From: Strigamia acuminata
Lineage: Eukaryota
Assembly: GCA_949358305.1 (NCBI GenBank)
Contig: OX442314.1
Span: 22,444,001 to 22,508,000, forward strand
Direction of reading: 5' to 3'
DNA: 64,000 nt
The notes beneath the pieces were generated by a model, which saw only the letters and a program-made list of their open reading frames with translations, was not told where the DNA came from and did no database searches. Both the position numbers and the translations under genes were made by a program. This document shows, piece after piece, positions 29,174 to 39,543 of the stretch; the stretch's first letter is position 1; every line of letters starts with the position of its first letter.

Positions 29174-31969
29174 TTATGATTCGTCCATGGTCTGAGTTCG
29201 CTCAGGCGTCAACGGGCGCATCATATCCGTGGTGTCGTCCCTCGGGTTGGACCGCTCGTTAACCGTACACAGGTCGCGACCTGCGTTTGGTCCGGAGACC
29301 ATTCCAGGGTTGACATGAAGCCAAACCTGGATGATTCTTGCCGAGTTCGCTCGGTTGAAGAATCCTAGCGCCGCGAACTCGATTGGATCCTCTGGCGCTA
29401 ATCGTGCTCTCAGGAGTCGATCATGGAGCACCGATGGTGGGCTTAACACCCGGATGTGGTCCTCGAGCCACATAAACACCTGCCTCGACAACTTGTGGTT
29501 GTTGCTAAGCAGTGTTCGCGTATCCGGCGTCAAATAGAAGTGCGGATACAGGCGCATTAGGGTCTTGAAAGCCGACTCTTTTTTCAGCGGCTTGACCTTC
29601 GTCTCCGGCTTGGCTGGCGGCGGCGGCGGCGGACGTGAGTCTTCCGTCGTGGCATCGTCAAACTGGCACTGCGGGCCCAAGAAAACCAACGCAGGTGCGG
29701 AGGTTGACGAGGGTGTGACGCCTCGTCCCGGTGCTCGACCCACACCGGGGAGCTGACGGGTTTCGACTACCCGTTGAACTCCGGCTGGAGTTTGAGAACT
29801 TCCGGCGTTCTCTGGCCAAAATGAACATCCAGCGCCCTCTTGGGCCGACTGGAAAACAGCCAGTGACGCAGCTGCTGTGGCGCTTGTAACTGGAAGCGGT
29901 GGTCTTCCGGTCATTCGCGCCGTGGCCTTCGCAAAGGACCACTCGGTTCGCAACCGAACGGCGGCCTCTTCTTCGGTCTCACCGTTTGCTACGACTTGCT
30001 TTATTAGCTCGGCTAAGATCGTAGGCGGGTCGAGCCTGAGGTGGTACCACAGCTCGACTTTCTTCTCCGACAGGCCCATCGGCGCGGTCCAAAGGTACGT
30101 TATGGCCGCTAACGCCTGTCCTGGCGAAGGAAGAACACCAGGGTACAACACCCTAGTCATCCCCGGAATTAGCTGACGCTGAAAATCCATCAGACGGGGA
30201 TCATCAATGGTATTGATGTCGGAGACTTCTAGCCTTTCAGCTAGTCTCTGCCAGTCCTTCTGCGACTCGGCGATCTGGGCGCTTTGGTATGCGTCCAGCT
30301 TCTGGAGCACTTCCTGCTGTGCTCTAATGGGTTGCTGCTCGTAGCAGGTCCATTGTGGGCCGAATGACTCACTAAAAAATGGCCGGAGTTGCAGGTTGCT
30401 AACTCCAGCCGGCAAGCGGGAAACATATCCTTGTTCGGGCAAGCGGCTAGCATGTCCAGGTACTGGCACGCTACAGTCGGGAGAAATATCACCGACAACA
30501 CGTCTCATGGCGTATGGAGTAGCCGAGTTGTCCACTTTGAACGTGGAGGCGGTTCGGCTACTTCGGGCGGACTTAATTGTGGAGTCCGATTCAAAACTCA
30601 GCGAAGACGACGAGCCAAACGACTCTGGTGTCCGTCCTCGTCGCGACTGCGGGCGTGATGGCTGCGCGTCAGTCGAATATGGGCGTGATCGCTTCTGACG
30701 TTCCTCTCGATCGCGGCTTGATTCGCGGAACATCGGTCGGACTGGAACCGGCGGAGGGAGTTGCCCCACCCTCAAATCCTCGTCTTGCGGCGGAGGATTG
30801 ATGGCCGCTGGGGCCGGAATTTCATCTTCTTGATAAAAAGGGAGAGCGCAACGCGCTTGCTCCTCTGCCTCGTGTTCTCGAGCCAGTTGTCGATTTTCGT
30901 CGACGCGAAGCTGCACCGCGGCAGCTCTGAGTGCTTTGGACGGGAAAAATCCCGGAAAATCGTTAAAACACCCGGCGAGCGCCAACTGGTGGAGCTCGGT
31001 TTGTGTGACGGGAAGTTGTGGGTTCCCGTCACGAACGGATTTGCGATACCGTTTAACGACTTCGCGTTGTGTCGTCTTGAGGTTCTTCCTCAATTGGGTT
31101 AGAGCACCGTAATTAATTCCGGTACTCTTTAGCGCTCTTCTGCGCTCGTGACGCTCTCGTGGCGTCACTGGCCACTGGTTGTGCAGCAACTCTGCTGCAA
31201 GCGGTCCTGGGGGGCTCTCGTCGAGCGTCCACTCGATTTCGTCGACACCGTCCACGTGAAGGCGCTCGATGAATCTTCCTTTTGCACCAAATCCTTGCAG
31301 CGCTGATCTGCTGAAGTCGTGGCGCAACTTCCACCAGGTATTGTTTGCCGTCTTCAGTCTTCTGATTTTTTCGGGCAATGCCGCTCGAAAAATCAGCGGG
31401 TGCTGAGTCGGCACGTGATCGGGAAGCGCGAATGGCGTTTCTCGATCCCTCTCGATCTGTATTCGAAGAAAAATAAATAAATTAGTTTATTTAAAAATAA
31501 ACAAATAATTTCTTATTTGAAATATTTTTTAAGCTTAGCGCTTGTGGCTGTGAGTCACTAAGGGATGTTGGTTGTCATGGCAACTCCCTTCGCACATGCT
31601 TGAAGCACGTGACTTTTATAGCCGCCATTTTTATTTTTTAGCGGCTTGTGTTTGAAGTCAGGAAAAGTGAAATTACTCAATTTTTCTGACTTAAACACTT
31701 GGTAAAAATTTATTCTAATAATTTACCCGTTGTTGAAGCGTCAATTGAACGTCTTCATTTGCCCCTTCCATGGGCATTTCTCCGTCCGCCTGGAGTTGGA
31801 TCGCTTCCTCGTCCATTCTCTTTCGTTTTCCGGTAATTTCGGAAATTCTTTCGTCTTGAAAGAGAAATAATACATAAATCTTATGTTTTATCAAATTTTT
31901 CATACAGAAAAATTACTTACGATCAGGTTGTCGAACTATTCGGGTCGTAACGTAGGCGATGCGATGCAT
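29174..31969 (-). CDS. Element-1 ORF3: three-exon orphan protein, ~819 aa, not env-like
   Basis: Exons 31969-31921, 31854-31727 and 31456-29174 join in frame via GTAAGT..AAG (66 nt) and GTAAAT..CAG (270 nt) introns. KRKR NLS-like motif; no signal peptide or TM helix seen. Confidence 0.8.
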
Positions 31970-31994
31970 ACACTCTCGAAACTTTTGAAAAAGT

Positions 31995-32106
31995 GACTAA
32001 GTTCGTTGATTGCAAACACGAACTTGGATTAGAGACGCTTTGTGACGTCACTAATTATAACGTATGATTAACGTTGTCATTCGAGTGGGTACTACGAATG
32101 ACGTCA
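31995..32106 (-). promoter_or_regulatory. Putative internal promoter for ORF3
   Basis: Two perfect TGACGTCA palindromes (32043-32050, 32099-32106) between the pol stop and an Inr-like TTAGTC (32000-31995), ~30 nt upstream of the ATG. Confidence 0.5.
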
Positions 32107-32158
32107 CGAGATTGCTTTCTCGGATCTTTTGGGTAAACCCAAAAGGTGAAAGACAACA

Positions 32159-35100
32159 CTATGTCTTGGCTCGCGGAACGCGAGATCTCAAGTTGTACTT
32201 TGACTTTCGCGAAGTACAATCCAACTTGTTTAGATTGTCATCAGCATCGTCTCCAATGTCAGATGAGTTATATACTTCATTGTTTGAAATTTTCTCTTTT
32301 TCTAAAAACATTTCCTTTTCTAGATTTTCATCAAGAGAAACATTTTCAAGTCGCTGGTTTATTTCATCGACTTCGTTATTTTTGAGTTTCGATTTTTTAC
32401 TCGATTCCGTGTTTTCGACAGGAATTTTGGATAATTTAGCATCATCCAAGGTATTAACAATATTTTTTGTTTTTTGACCCACTTCCTCCCCTTCCAGCCA
32501 AATTTCTTGGTTGAAAACGGGAAAGTACGGCATTAATTCAGTGCCGTGAACAGCTGGATAAATTTTATTATCACTCAGCCGTCGAAGTTGAAAGGCGCCT
32601 CCTTGTAACCTTTTGATAATTACATAAGGCCCATTCCTTTTCGGTGAAATGCCTGCTGCTATTCCTTTAGCGGCATTTGAGAGAATATGAGACTCTCGCC
32701 AGACTAAATCATTTTGTCTGAAGTTGTCGAATTTCTTATCTGATTTTTCAGCTTCGACACGGCGTCTCAAATCTAAGACGTGAGACATCATATGCTGATA
32801 CGTCTCTGCAATTATTGTTTCTAATTTCTGAACATATAAATGCGGATTTTTTGGATCAATGACTAAAATTCCTTCCGGAATTCTTGGATCCCAAGGAATT
32901 CTTAATTCTCGGAAAAAATTTAAGAAAGCAGGAGAATAATCTCTGCCTCTTGTTACAGTTGTTCTCAAACTGAATGCAAATTCGCGTAGATACTCATCCC
33001 ATTGGTCATGAATATCTAAATAAATCGAAACTAAATATTTAATATCTCGATTGGTTCTCTCCACAGGATTGCTTTGTGGATGATAAATCGATCTCGGTGT
33101 TCGCGACATGTCGAATTTTTTGCAAAATTCTTTATAGACCTGTGATCGAAATTGTGGTCCATTATCACTTATGATTTGTCTCGGAAATCCGAAAGTCATT
33201 GATAAGTGATAAATTGTGTTGGCAACTTTTATTGCCGTTGGATTACACATTGGAAATAATTCGGGCCAATGTGTAGCGACATCTACGATGACGCAAATGT
33301 GGGTATTGTTTTTTCTGGTTCTTGGTTTGGGACCAGACAAATCCACACTGAGGCAGTCAAATGGTCCAAATGGTCCAATTTGAGCGCCTTCAATTTCGGT
33401 CTTTGATCTCGGCTTACATGCCTGACATCCTTGACAATGTTGAATAAAACGTGTAATATCACGTTTCATACCTTTCCAGGTATAAACTCTTCGAGTTCGG
33501 TACATTGTCCTCGCAATGCCTGGGTGGCCGGACAGTGGATGTCCGTGCATCAACCAAATGATTTTATAAATCAATTTTCTTGGCACAACAACTTTAAGTG
33601 CCCTACCATCCTCTCCCAATTCATCGGTGGAGGTAGGATGATAATGGAGTAGCATATCTTCTTCAATGAGATAAGTACTCGCGTGTCTTTCAAAGTTTCT
33701 TCTTTGAAGACGAGTTACTATGTAACTTGGATATTGCTTGTTTAGCAAGTAATTGCGAATATGTTGGCAAAATTCGTCTGCTTTTTGCGCTGCAATAATG
33801 TCATCTCTCGTTGGAGGATCACATTCTAATTGCTTCGCAATTTTAGCTGCAAATGCTTTAATTAAAACATTTGTTGTTGGCAGCTCGAATTTTTTAGCCA
33901 TCATAGCTCTTAATTCGACGTCAGGGGTTCCTGACGGATCATGCATGTTAATACAAAAATTAATTAATGCTTGATCGTCGTCATTAACTATTATTGACTT
34001 GGGTAATTCGTTCAATTTTCCCATTTGCCAACTTCGGCAAGGAGATGGACAATATGATAATAAATCATCATTATCGCCATCGTCTTCTGGTTCGTCAGGT
34101 GCGCTGACAGGTGCACGTGACAATGCGTCTGCTATTACATTTAGCGGACCTTTGACGTATTGTATTTCGAACGAATACGCCATCAGCTCCATTTGCCAAC
34201 GAGCTAATCTGCCCGACGGGTCAGATAACGACATCAACCACCTAAGTGCTTGGTGATCCGTTTGTACAGTGAATGTAGTGTACTCTAAGTATGGGCGAAA
34301 TTTGCGTAATCCCCATACTACTGCGAGACATTCTAATTCTGTCACAGTATAATTCTTTTCAGCGGGTTGCAAGCTTCTGCTTGCATACACGCATGGCATT
34401 TCGACTTCTTGGCCATCCACATTTTTCTTTTGTGTAAGGGCTGCACCCAACCCTTGTTTACTGGCGTCAGTATGAACAATAAATGGCATGTACAAGTCAG
34501 GCATCTTCATTGTTTCAGCATTCGTAAGCAGGTCTTTTATTGCGTCGAATGCTGCTTGATGATGCAGTTCCCAATCGAACTCCGCATCTTTCTTCAAGAG
34601 TGGCCTTAGTGGTTCTGCCACTGTGGCCAAATTCTTGATTAGGCGGTGAAAGAAATTCACCATGCCTAGAAATCTTTGTAATTCCTTAAGATTGGTAGGA
34701 GCAGGAAATTGCGTAATTGCAGCGACTTTTTTAGGGTCTACTGCAAGTCCTTCTACTCCTACTTTGTAGCCTAGAAAAATTAATTCCTTTCTACAGAGAT
34801 GCGTCTTGCCAGGGTGCGCATGTAAATTAGCTTCTGCCAATTTTTTAAACACTATATCTAAATGTTTAATGTGTTCTTCGAACGATTTGGATACAATAAT
34901 TATGTCATCCAAATATGCCCATGCAAATTTTCTGTAAACGTCACCCAAAACTTTTTCCATTAATTCTTGGAAGGTAGTTGGTGCGTTTACTAATCCGAAA
35001 GGCATGACTAAAAACATTAGTCTTCCCATTGGGCTCCAGAAGGCAGTTTTTTCTCTGTCTTCAGGTCGCAATTCTATCTGCCAATATCCCTTGGTCAGAT

Positions 35101-36412
35101 CTATAGTACTGACCCATTCGAATTCTCCGATTTCTCGCAGAATTTCCTCAATTGTTGGCATTTGAGGTGGGTTGTACTTAGTATGTGTATTGATGGGGCG
35201 AAAATCAATGCACAAGCGTGGGTCGTTTCCTGGTCGCATGACTAGGACTGGCCGCATTCCGTAATCGCCTTCAGCTTTGACGACTACGCCTTTGTCAATC
35301 ATGTCTTGACAAAGTTGTCTGATTATTTCCCTTTTTTGAGGGTTTATGCTCTTAAAGGGGACACGGATGGGTTTCTCCGTGTCAAGCTCAATTTTGTGCT
35401 TAACCAGGTGTGTTTTACCTGGATCTTTAGAAATAATCCTTTTATGTTTGGATAACATCTTTTCTAATAATTTGGATTGCTCCAAATTTAAGTTAGCTTC
35501 TTCGACTAACTTTTGGATGAAATTCTCTTCATCAATTTTGCCTTGAGTTACACTTGCAGCGTAAGCTTTTGCAAAGGTCATAAATGAGGAATCGGGTTCC
35601 TCTATTTTCTCCAAATAACGATCCAGCAACGCTTGTGGAATGTAGGGTAAATCTGCATCCATAGGTTGCGTGAAATTCCAAGACATCGTCTGTGGATTAG
35701 GTTGGATTTTTAATTTATTCATAAAATCGCAACCCAATAGTACCATTGGATACTTATTTGGTATTACGATGAACGGATGACGTAACGTGCCATGTGTCCA
35801 TCGAAATGAAAGATGGATGGTTCCATCTGGAGTGACTTCTTCACTTGCCGTCGTAACTCTGACACCAGGTCCGATAGGTCGTAGATATTTTTCTAGACCT
35901 AGTTGATTAATAACTGAAGTGGCTAGGAAGCTTTTATTTGCTCCTGAGTCCAACATTCCGGTTATTACACCTTTTAACGTTTCTAACTTTAACGTCGGAA
36001 GGTCTTGGCTGTTTGGTATTCCAGCCACTTTGCACTCAAACTTGCGCAATTTATGAGGAACTGTAATTGGAGGCTCCAAAGGCAATTCATCTAATAACTC
36101 ATTGGTATCAAGAGTTGTAGCTGCAAATAACTTAATGCACTCCTCAATTCCAGGTGTCTCTGGAACTGAGCTTGGTCTATCGTCTTTAACTTCGACTTTA
36201 TCTTGAATATTGGAAGTGTCTTCTTCAGTCGGGGTTTCGCCGACAATCTCCTTTTTTACATCAAGAGATCCTTTTTCTTTTAGTTCTGTTTGACGAATTA
36301 ATTCATCAATAACTTCTCCAACATCTTCCATTATCTTCAGATTTTCATTCTCTGATTCCGATTTCGGAGGTGACGCAGCGTCCACTAGACCTGATGGATC
36401 TGCGTCTACAAG
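32159..36412 (-). CDS. pol: Gypsy Pol polyprotein (protease, RT, RNase H, integrase), expressed by -1 frameshift from gag
   Basis: LDSGA protease, MPFGL and YLDDI RT, DASKQG RNase H, H..H..CQGC zinc finger, D-D-E core (VDL, SDNG, VER) and GPY motif; no stops. Confidence 0.97.
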   Translation of the reverse strand, partial: LVDADPSGLVDAASPPKSESENENLKIMEDVGEVIDELIRQTELKEKGSLDVKKEIVGETPTEEDTSNIQDKVEVKDDRPSSVPETPGIEECIKLFAATTLDTNELLDELPLEPPITVPHKLRKFECKVAGIPNSQDLPTLKLETLKGVITGMLDSGANKSFLATSVINQLGLEKYLRPIGPGVRVTTASEEVTPDGTIHLSFRWTHGTLRHPFIVIPNKYPMVLLGCDFMNKLKIQPNPQTMSWNFTQPMDADLPYIPQALLDRYLEKIEEPDSSFMTFAKAYAASVTQGKIDEENFIQKLVEEANLNLEQSKLLEKMLSKHKRIISKDPGKTHLVKHKIELDTEKPIRVPFKSINPQKREIIRQLCQDMIDKGVVVKAEGDYGMRPVLVMRPGNDPRLCIDFRPINTHTKYNPPQMPTIEEILREIGEFEWVSTIDLTKGYWQIELRPEDREKTAFWSPMGRLMFLVMPFGLVNAPTTFQELMEKVLGDVYRKFAWAYLDDIIIVSKSFEEHIKHLDIVFKKLAEANLHAHPGKTHLCRKELIFLGYKVGVEGLAVDPKKVAAITQFPAPTNLKELQRFLGMVNFFHRLIKNLATVAEPLRPLLKKDAEFDWELHHQAAFDAIKDLLTNAETMKMPDLYMPFIVHTDASKQGLGAALTQKKNVDGQEVEMPCVYASRSLQPAEKNYTVTELECLAVVWGLRKFRPYLEYTTFTVQTDHQALRWLMSLSDPSGRLARWQMELMAYSFEIQYVKGPLNVIADALSRAPVSAPDEPEDDGDNDDLLSYCPSPCRSWQMGKLNELPKSIIVNDDDQALINFCINMHDPSGTPDVELRAMMAKKFELPTTNVLIKAFAAKIAKQLECDPPTRDDIIAAQKADEFCQHIRNYLLNKQYPSYIVTRLQRRNFERHASTYLIEEDMLLHYHPTSTDELGEDGRALKVVVPRKLIYKIIWLMHGHPLSGHPGIARTMYRTRRVYTWKGMKRDITRFIQHCQGCQACKPRSKTEIEGAQIGPFGPFDCLSVDLSGPKPRTRKNNTHICVIVDVATHWPELFPMCNPTAIKVANTIYHLSMTFGFPRQIISDNGPQFRSQVYKEFCKKFDMSRTPRSIYHPQSNPVERTNRDIKYLVSIYLDIHDQWDEYLREFAFSLRTTVTRGRDYSPAFLNFFRELRIPWDPRIPEGILVIDPKNPHLYVQKLETIIAETYQHMMSHVLDLRRRVEAEKSDKKFDNFRQNDLVWRESHILSNAAKGIAAGISPKRNGPYVIIKRLQGGAFQLRRLSDNKIYPAVHGTELMPYFPVFNQEIWLEGEEVGQKTKNIVNTLDDAKLSKIPVENTESSKKSKLKNNEVDEINQRLENVSLDENLEKEMFLEKEKISNNEVYNSSDIGDDADDNLNKLDCTSRKSKYNLRSRVPRAKT

Positions 36413-36418
36413 TTTTTT
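36372..36418 (-). promoter_or_regulatory. -1 programmed ribosomal frameshift signal
   Basis: A_AAA_AAC heptamer (36418-36412) in the gag frame, 5-nt spacer, then stem GACGCAG/CTGCGTC with inner TCCA/TGGA. The -1 frame (LVDADPSGLVDAASPP) is the pol frame. Confidence 0.9.
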
Positions 36419-39400
36419 CGAAACATGTCAGTTATGATCTTGACTGCTTTTTCAAACTCAGCTGTTGACACTGGTTTGTCCTTTTTAGAGGAAGGGCAGT
36501 CTTTTTGCCAATGCCCTAATTTTTTGCATAAATTGCATGGATCAGTGGCAGGCGATTTCTTTTTCGTTGCTGCTGGCGAGGCAGAACGAGAACGAGCGTC
36601 AGACCGGCGCTCTGGCGACACCGCAGGTGACTTTGAATTCCTTTCGGTATTCACCTTTGATGCGTCAAATGAAACATTTTTTGGTTTCATCCTTGGCTTC
36701 CATTTGCCCGCAACGGGGTTATTTTTTGCTAACAACGCCGTTGCTTTGGCCAATAAAGCCATCGTCTCGTCTCCTGTTTCCTCCTCCTCTTCAGCTTCTT
36801 CAGCTTCAGACGACGGAGTTTCAGCTCCAGTTATATTTGCGTGTAACTTAGGGACTGAATGAGGATTTTTGACGTCCTTTTTGGAAGATTCTTTTTTCGA
36901 ACTCTTCTCATCCACTTCGTCTAGAAAGTCTTCGTAACTAGGTGGCTGCAACAATTTCAAACCATTAAAGGTTTCATTGTTTTGCTCAGCGAGTCTTTTC
37001 TCTCGCTTTAAGTACGCTGACCTTTCGGCTTCTGTAAGATAAGCTTTGTACTTTTCGTCAATGCGCAATTGATTGACTTCCATGAACTCGTTTAACTCGG
37101 AGAATTTCCCCGGGTCGGGAGCGTCCGACATCATCAGAATATTTTTACTATATTCTGTGAGGCCAGCTCTAAACTGATCATCTGCTGTTGCATCAGTAAC
37201 AGCATGTGGCATTCTGCCAAGCAGATTCTCTGCTCTTAGCATGTACGAATGTAAGCTTTCGCCTTTTCGTTGCTTAAGACATCTCCAGAGCGTTTTGATG
37301 TCTTCGCTCGATTCACCAAATTTAAACATAAATTGTTTAACGAAGTCATCCCACTTCGTGAAGTCTTTCCTGCGAAACCACTCCTTGACACCGCCAACTA
37401 GTATTCTTGGTACTAGATGGGCCAATGCACCTTCACAGCTAAAACTGTGAACTTTGCCTAGTTCGAATATTTCCAGCAAGAGGTTTGACCCTGCTTGCCA
37501 ATTTCCATTATAGGCATGTGGGATAACTCGATCCCATCTAATGAACTTTTCATCTGTTGTTTGATGAGTCCATTTATCAGAAGTAAATTCACTTATTTTT
37601 TGCAAAATAATTTTATCCCTTCTGCTTTTTCGCTGTTGTTGAGCATTTTGCCTCAACAACTGGTCAATCTCATCTTTCGTGTAGAAATCGGGTCTTTGAG
37701 TTCTACTACGTGTTCTGTGACGAGATCGCCCTCTCACACTGGGACGTGAGGAATCTGTATCTGACGCAGATTCATGATTCGGATTTGGCGGCGGATCAGG
37801 GTCCGGAGGATCGTCGCCATCTGGCGGACGACGGTCTCCATTTGGTGGTCCCCTTCCATTTCGATTGCCATTCGAATTGTGGTCACGTGAGTGGCCACCT
37901 CCATGTCCATCTGAACTATCTCCACCTGGTGGGTCACCACCTGGCGGATTTCCACGGTATCTCGGCCCATCACGGATGTCGTTATGACAATCTCGTTTTG
38001 GTGAGCCTTCTCGCGGATTATCGTGTGACCGTCCACGATCGTGTGGTTTCTCACGTTCTTTATTCTTTTTCTCTAGCATTCCGATTAATCGGTCGCTATT
38101 GCTAAAGAATCGATCCGAATCTTGCGTAACTTTTGGGGAATGATATTCGGTCGGGTCTGGTTGTCGCTTTCGCTTTTTGCGACTGTGATGACTGTTACGG
38201 CTTCCACGACTACTGCGTGAGTCATCACTGTCAGTCCAACTTGATTGTCGACTGACTTTTGGTTTAGCTGATGTTAAATCAATCAACTCAGGTGATTTGG
38301 AAGCACCTTTTTGCAAAACTGGGGCTGGCTTTGCAAAATTATCTTCGCCACAAACGTCTTGTACTTTTTGTACGACTACTGCAAAGTTTTCTTGTACCGT
38401 CAATAGATCTGCGCGAAGAATTTCGTTTTCACGAGCTTGCGCAGCTAAGTCGGCACGTAATAACTGCTCTGCAGTGCTTAGACTTTTGGCGGCTTGACCA
38501 GCATCAATTACAGACTGCTGTCGAGCGAGAAATACTTCATTTTCTCGTTGCGCTAATCTCTTAGCTCTTGCTGCTTGTTCTGCAGCATAATTCTCGTAAT
38601 TTCGAGACGTGGAGGGAATTACTTCCCTCGCTCGAACTGGGGCGGTTAGTTCGGCAGTCATTAAATTTGTGTTGGCTTCTCGCAAATTTGCGTTAGCCAA
38701 TCTCAAATTTTCATTAGCAATTTCTAAATCTTTTTGTGCTTGATTTAGTTGCTCGAGCCTTTGTTGTTGCTCTTCGTCAGTAATTAGCCAGGAAGCTTTT
38801 TCCTGTTCTAATTGTAACAACTTAACATGGTCATTCGCACGTTGTTGTTTTAGTTCGGCATTTTGCTGATGCATTTCTGCACGCATTCGCTCGAACTCTG
38901 CTTGCAAGCTTGTTCTGACGATTTCAACGTCTTTTTGGCTTTGTTTGCGAACCATAGCTTTGTGGATTTGTTCCACAGTCATTTCGCTAGTGACTTTTAC
39001 TCCCTCGAGCCTAGCTTGCTCACGGAGTGCGTCCATCATGGTAACACGCACGGGAGAATGAGAAACTTCCATATTGGAGTTCTCAGAATCTTGTTGTGCT
39101 GCACCTTGAACCGGTGATGAATTCAGCGAGTGCTCCGCACTTGATGATTGAATTCGTAAATTCAAATCATCGTTTTGCGACTTGGAACGGCCACTTCCAG
39201 TTGGATTTTTTAAGTCCAACTGGCCGCTGGGCGGGGATGGCTGTTGTCGCTCCAACGCTTGCGTGAATTCATTCACGATTAACTGTGCCGAGTTACAGTT
39301 AGCTGTTTGATCCATAGTTTCAAACAGTTCTTGTGACTCAGTCACTTCTTGATCCACGGCTGGTAGATCGATCGCCACTCGTCTCTTCGCTGGTCTGCCT

Positions 39401-39429
39401 CTCGGTCTCTTTTCGCCTGGAGTCGCCAT
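36406..39429 (-). CDS. gag: Gypsy Gag, 1007 aa
   Basis: First ORF after the PBS. Coiled-coil and low-complexity N-terminus, capsid-like WFRR...WDDFVKQFMFKF...LKQRKGESLHSY, and zinc knuckle CNLCKKLGHWQKDC. Confidence 0.92.
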   Translation of the reverse strand: MATPGEKRPRGRPAKRRVAIDLPAVDQEVTESQELFETMDQTANCNSAQLIVNEFTQALERQQPSPPSGQLDLKNPTGSGRSKSQNDDLNLRIQSSSAEHSLNSSPVQGAAQQDSENSNMEVSHSPVRVTMMDALREQARLEGVKVTSEMTVEQIHKAMVRKQSQKDVEIVRTSLQAEFERMRAEMHQQNAELKQQRANDHVKLLQLEQEKASWLITDEEQQQRLEQLNQAQKDLEIANENLRLANANLREANTNLMTAELTAPVRAREVIPSTSRNYENYAAEQAARAKRLAQRENEVFLARQQSVIDAGQAAKSLSTAEQLLRADLAAQARENEILRADLLTVQENFAVVVQKVQDVCGEDNFAKPAPVLQKGASKSPELIDLTSAKPKVSRQSSWTDSDDSRSSRGSRNSHHSRKKRKRQPDPTEYHSPKVTQDSDRFFSNSDRLIGMLEKKNKEREKPHDRGRSHDNPREGSPKRDCHNDIRDGPRYRGNPPGGDPPGGDSSDGHGGGHSRDHNSNGNRNGRGPPNGDRRPPDGDDPPDPDPPPNPNHESASDTDSSRPSVRGRSRHRTRSRTQRPDFYTKDEIDQLLRQNAQQQRKSRRDKIILQKISEFTSDKWTHQTTDEKFIRWDRVIPHAYNGNWQAGSNLLLEIFELGKVHSFSCEGALAHLVPRILVGGVKEWFRRKDFTKWDDFVKQFMFKFGESSEDIKTLWRCLKQRKGESLHSYMLRAENLLGRMPHAVTDATADDQFRAGLTEYSKNILMMSDAPDPGKFSELNEFMEVNQLRIDEKYKAYLTEAERSAYLKREKRLAEQNNETFNGLKLLQPPSYEDFLDEVDEKSSKKESSKKDVKNPHSVPKLHANITGAETPSSEAEEAEEEEETGDETMALLAKATALLAKNNPVAGKWKPRMKPKNVSFDASKVNTERNSKSPAVSPERRSDARSRSASPAATKKKSPATDPCNLCKKLGHWQKDCPSSKKDKPVSTAEFEKAVKIITDMFRKNL

Positions 39430-39523
39430 TTTTCAAATGAAGACAAAGAAAGGATAGAGAAGAAAGATAAGCAAGATAAAAATGGCGGGTAAATTTTAAA
39501 CTATCAAAATTTATACAATGACT

Positions 39524-39541
39524 ATCCCGGCCAGGCCCCCA
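39524..39541 (-). other. Primer-binding site, tRNA-Pro-like
   Basis: TGGGGGCCTGGCCGGGAT, 2 nt inside the 5' LTR; 15/18 match to the canonical tRNA-Pro PBS TGGGGGCTCGTCCGGGAT. Confidence 0.8.
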
Positions 39542-39543
39542 CG

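Noticed and set aside
29174..31414. ORF3 as a retroviral env
   Set aside because: No signal peptide, TM anchor or cleavage-site/fusion-peptide pattern, and few Cys.
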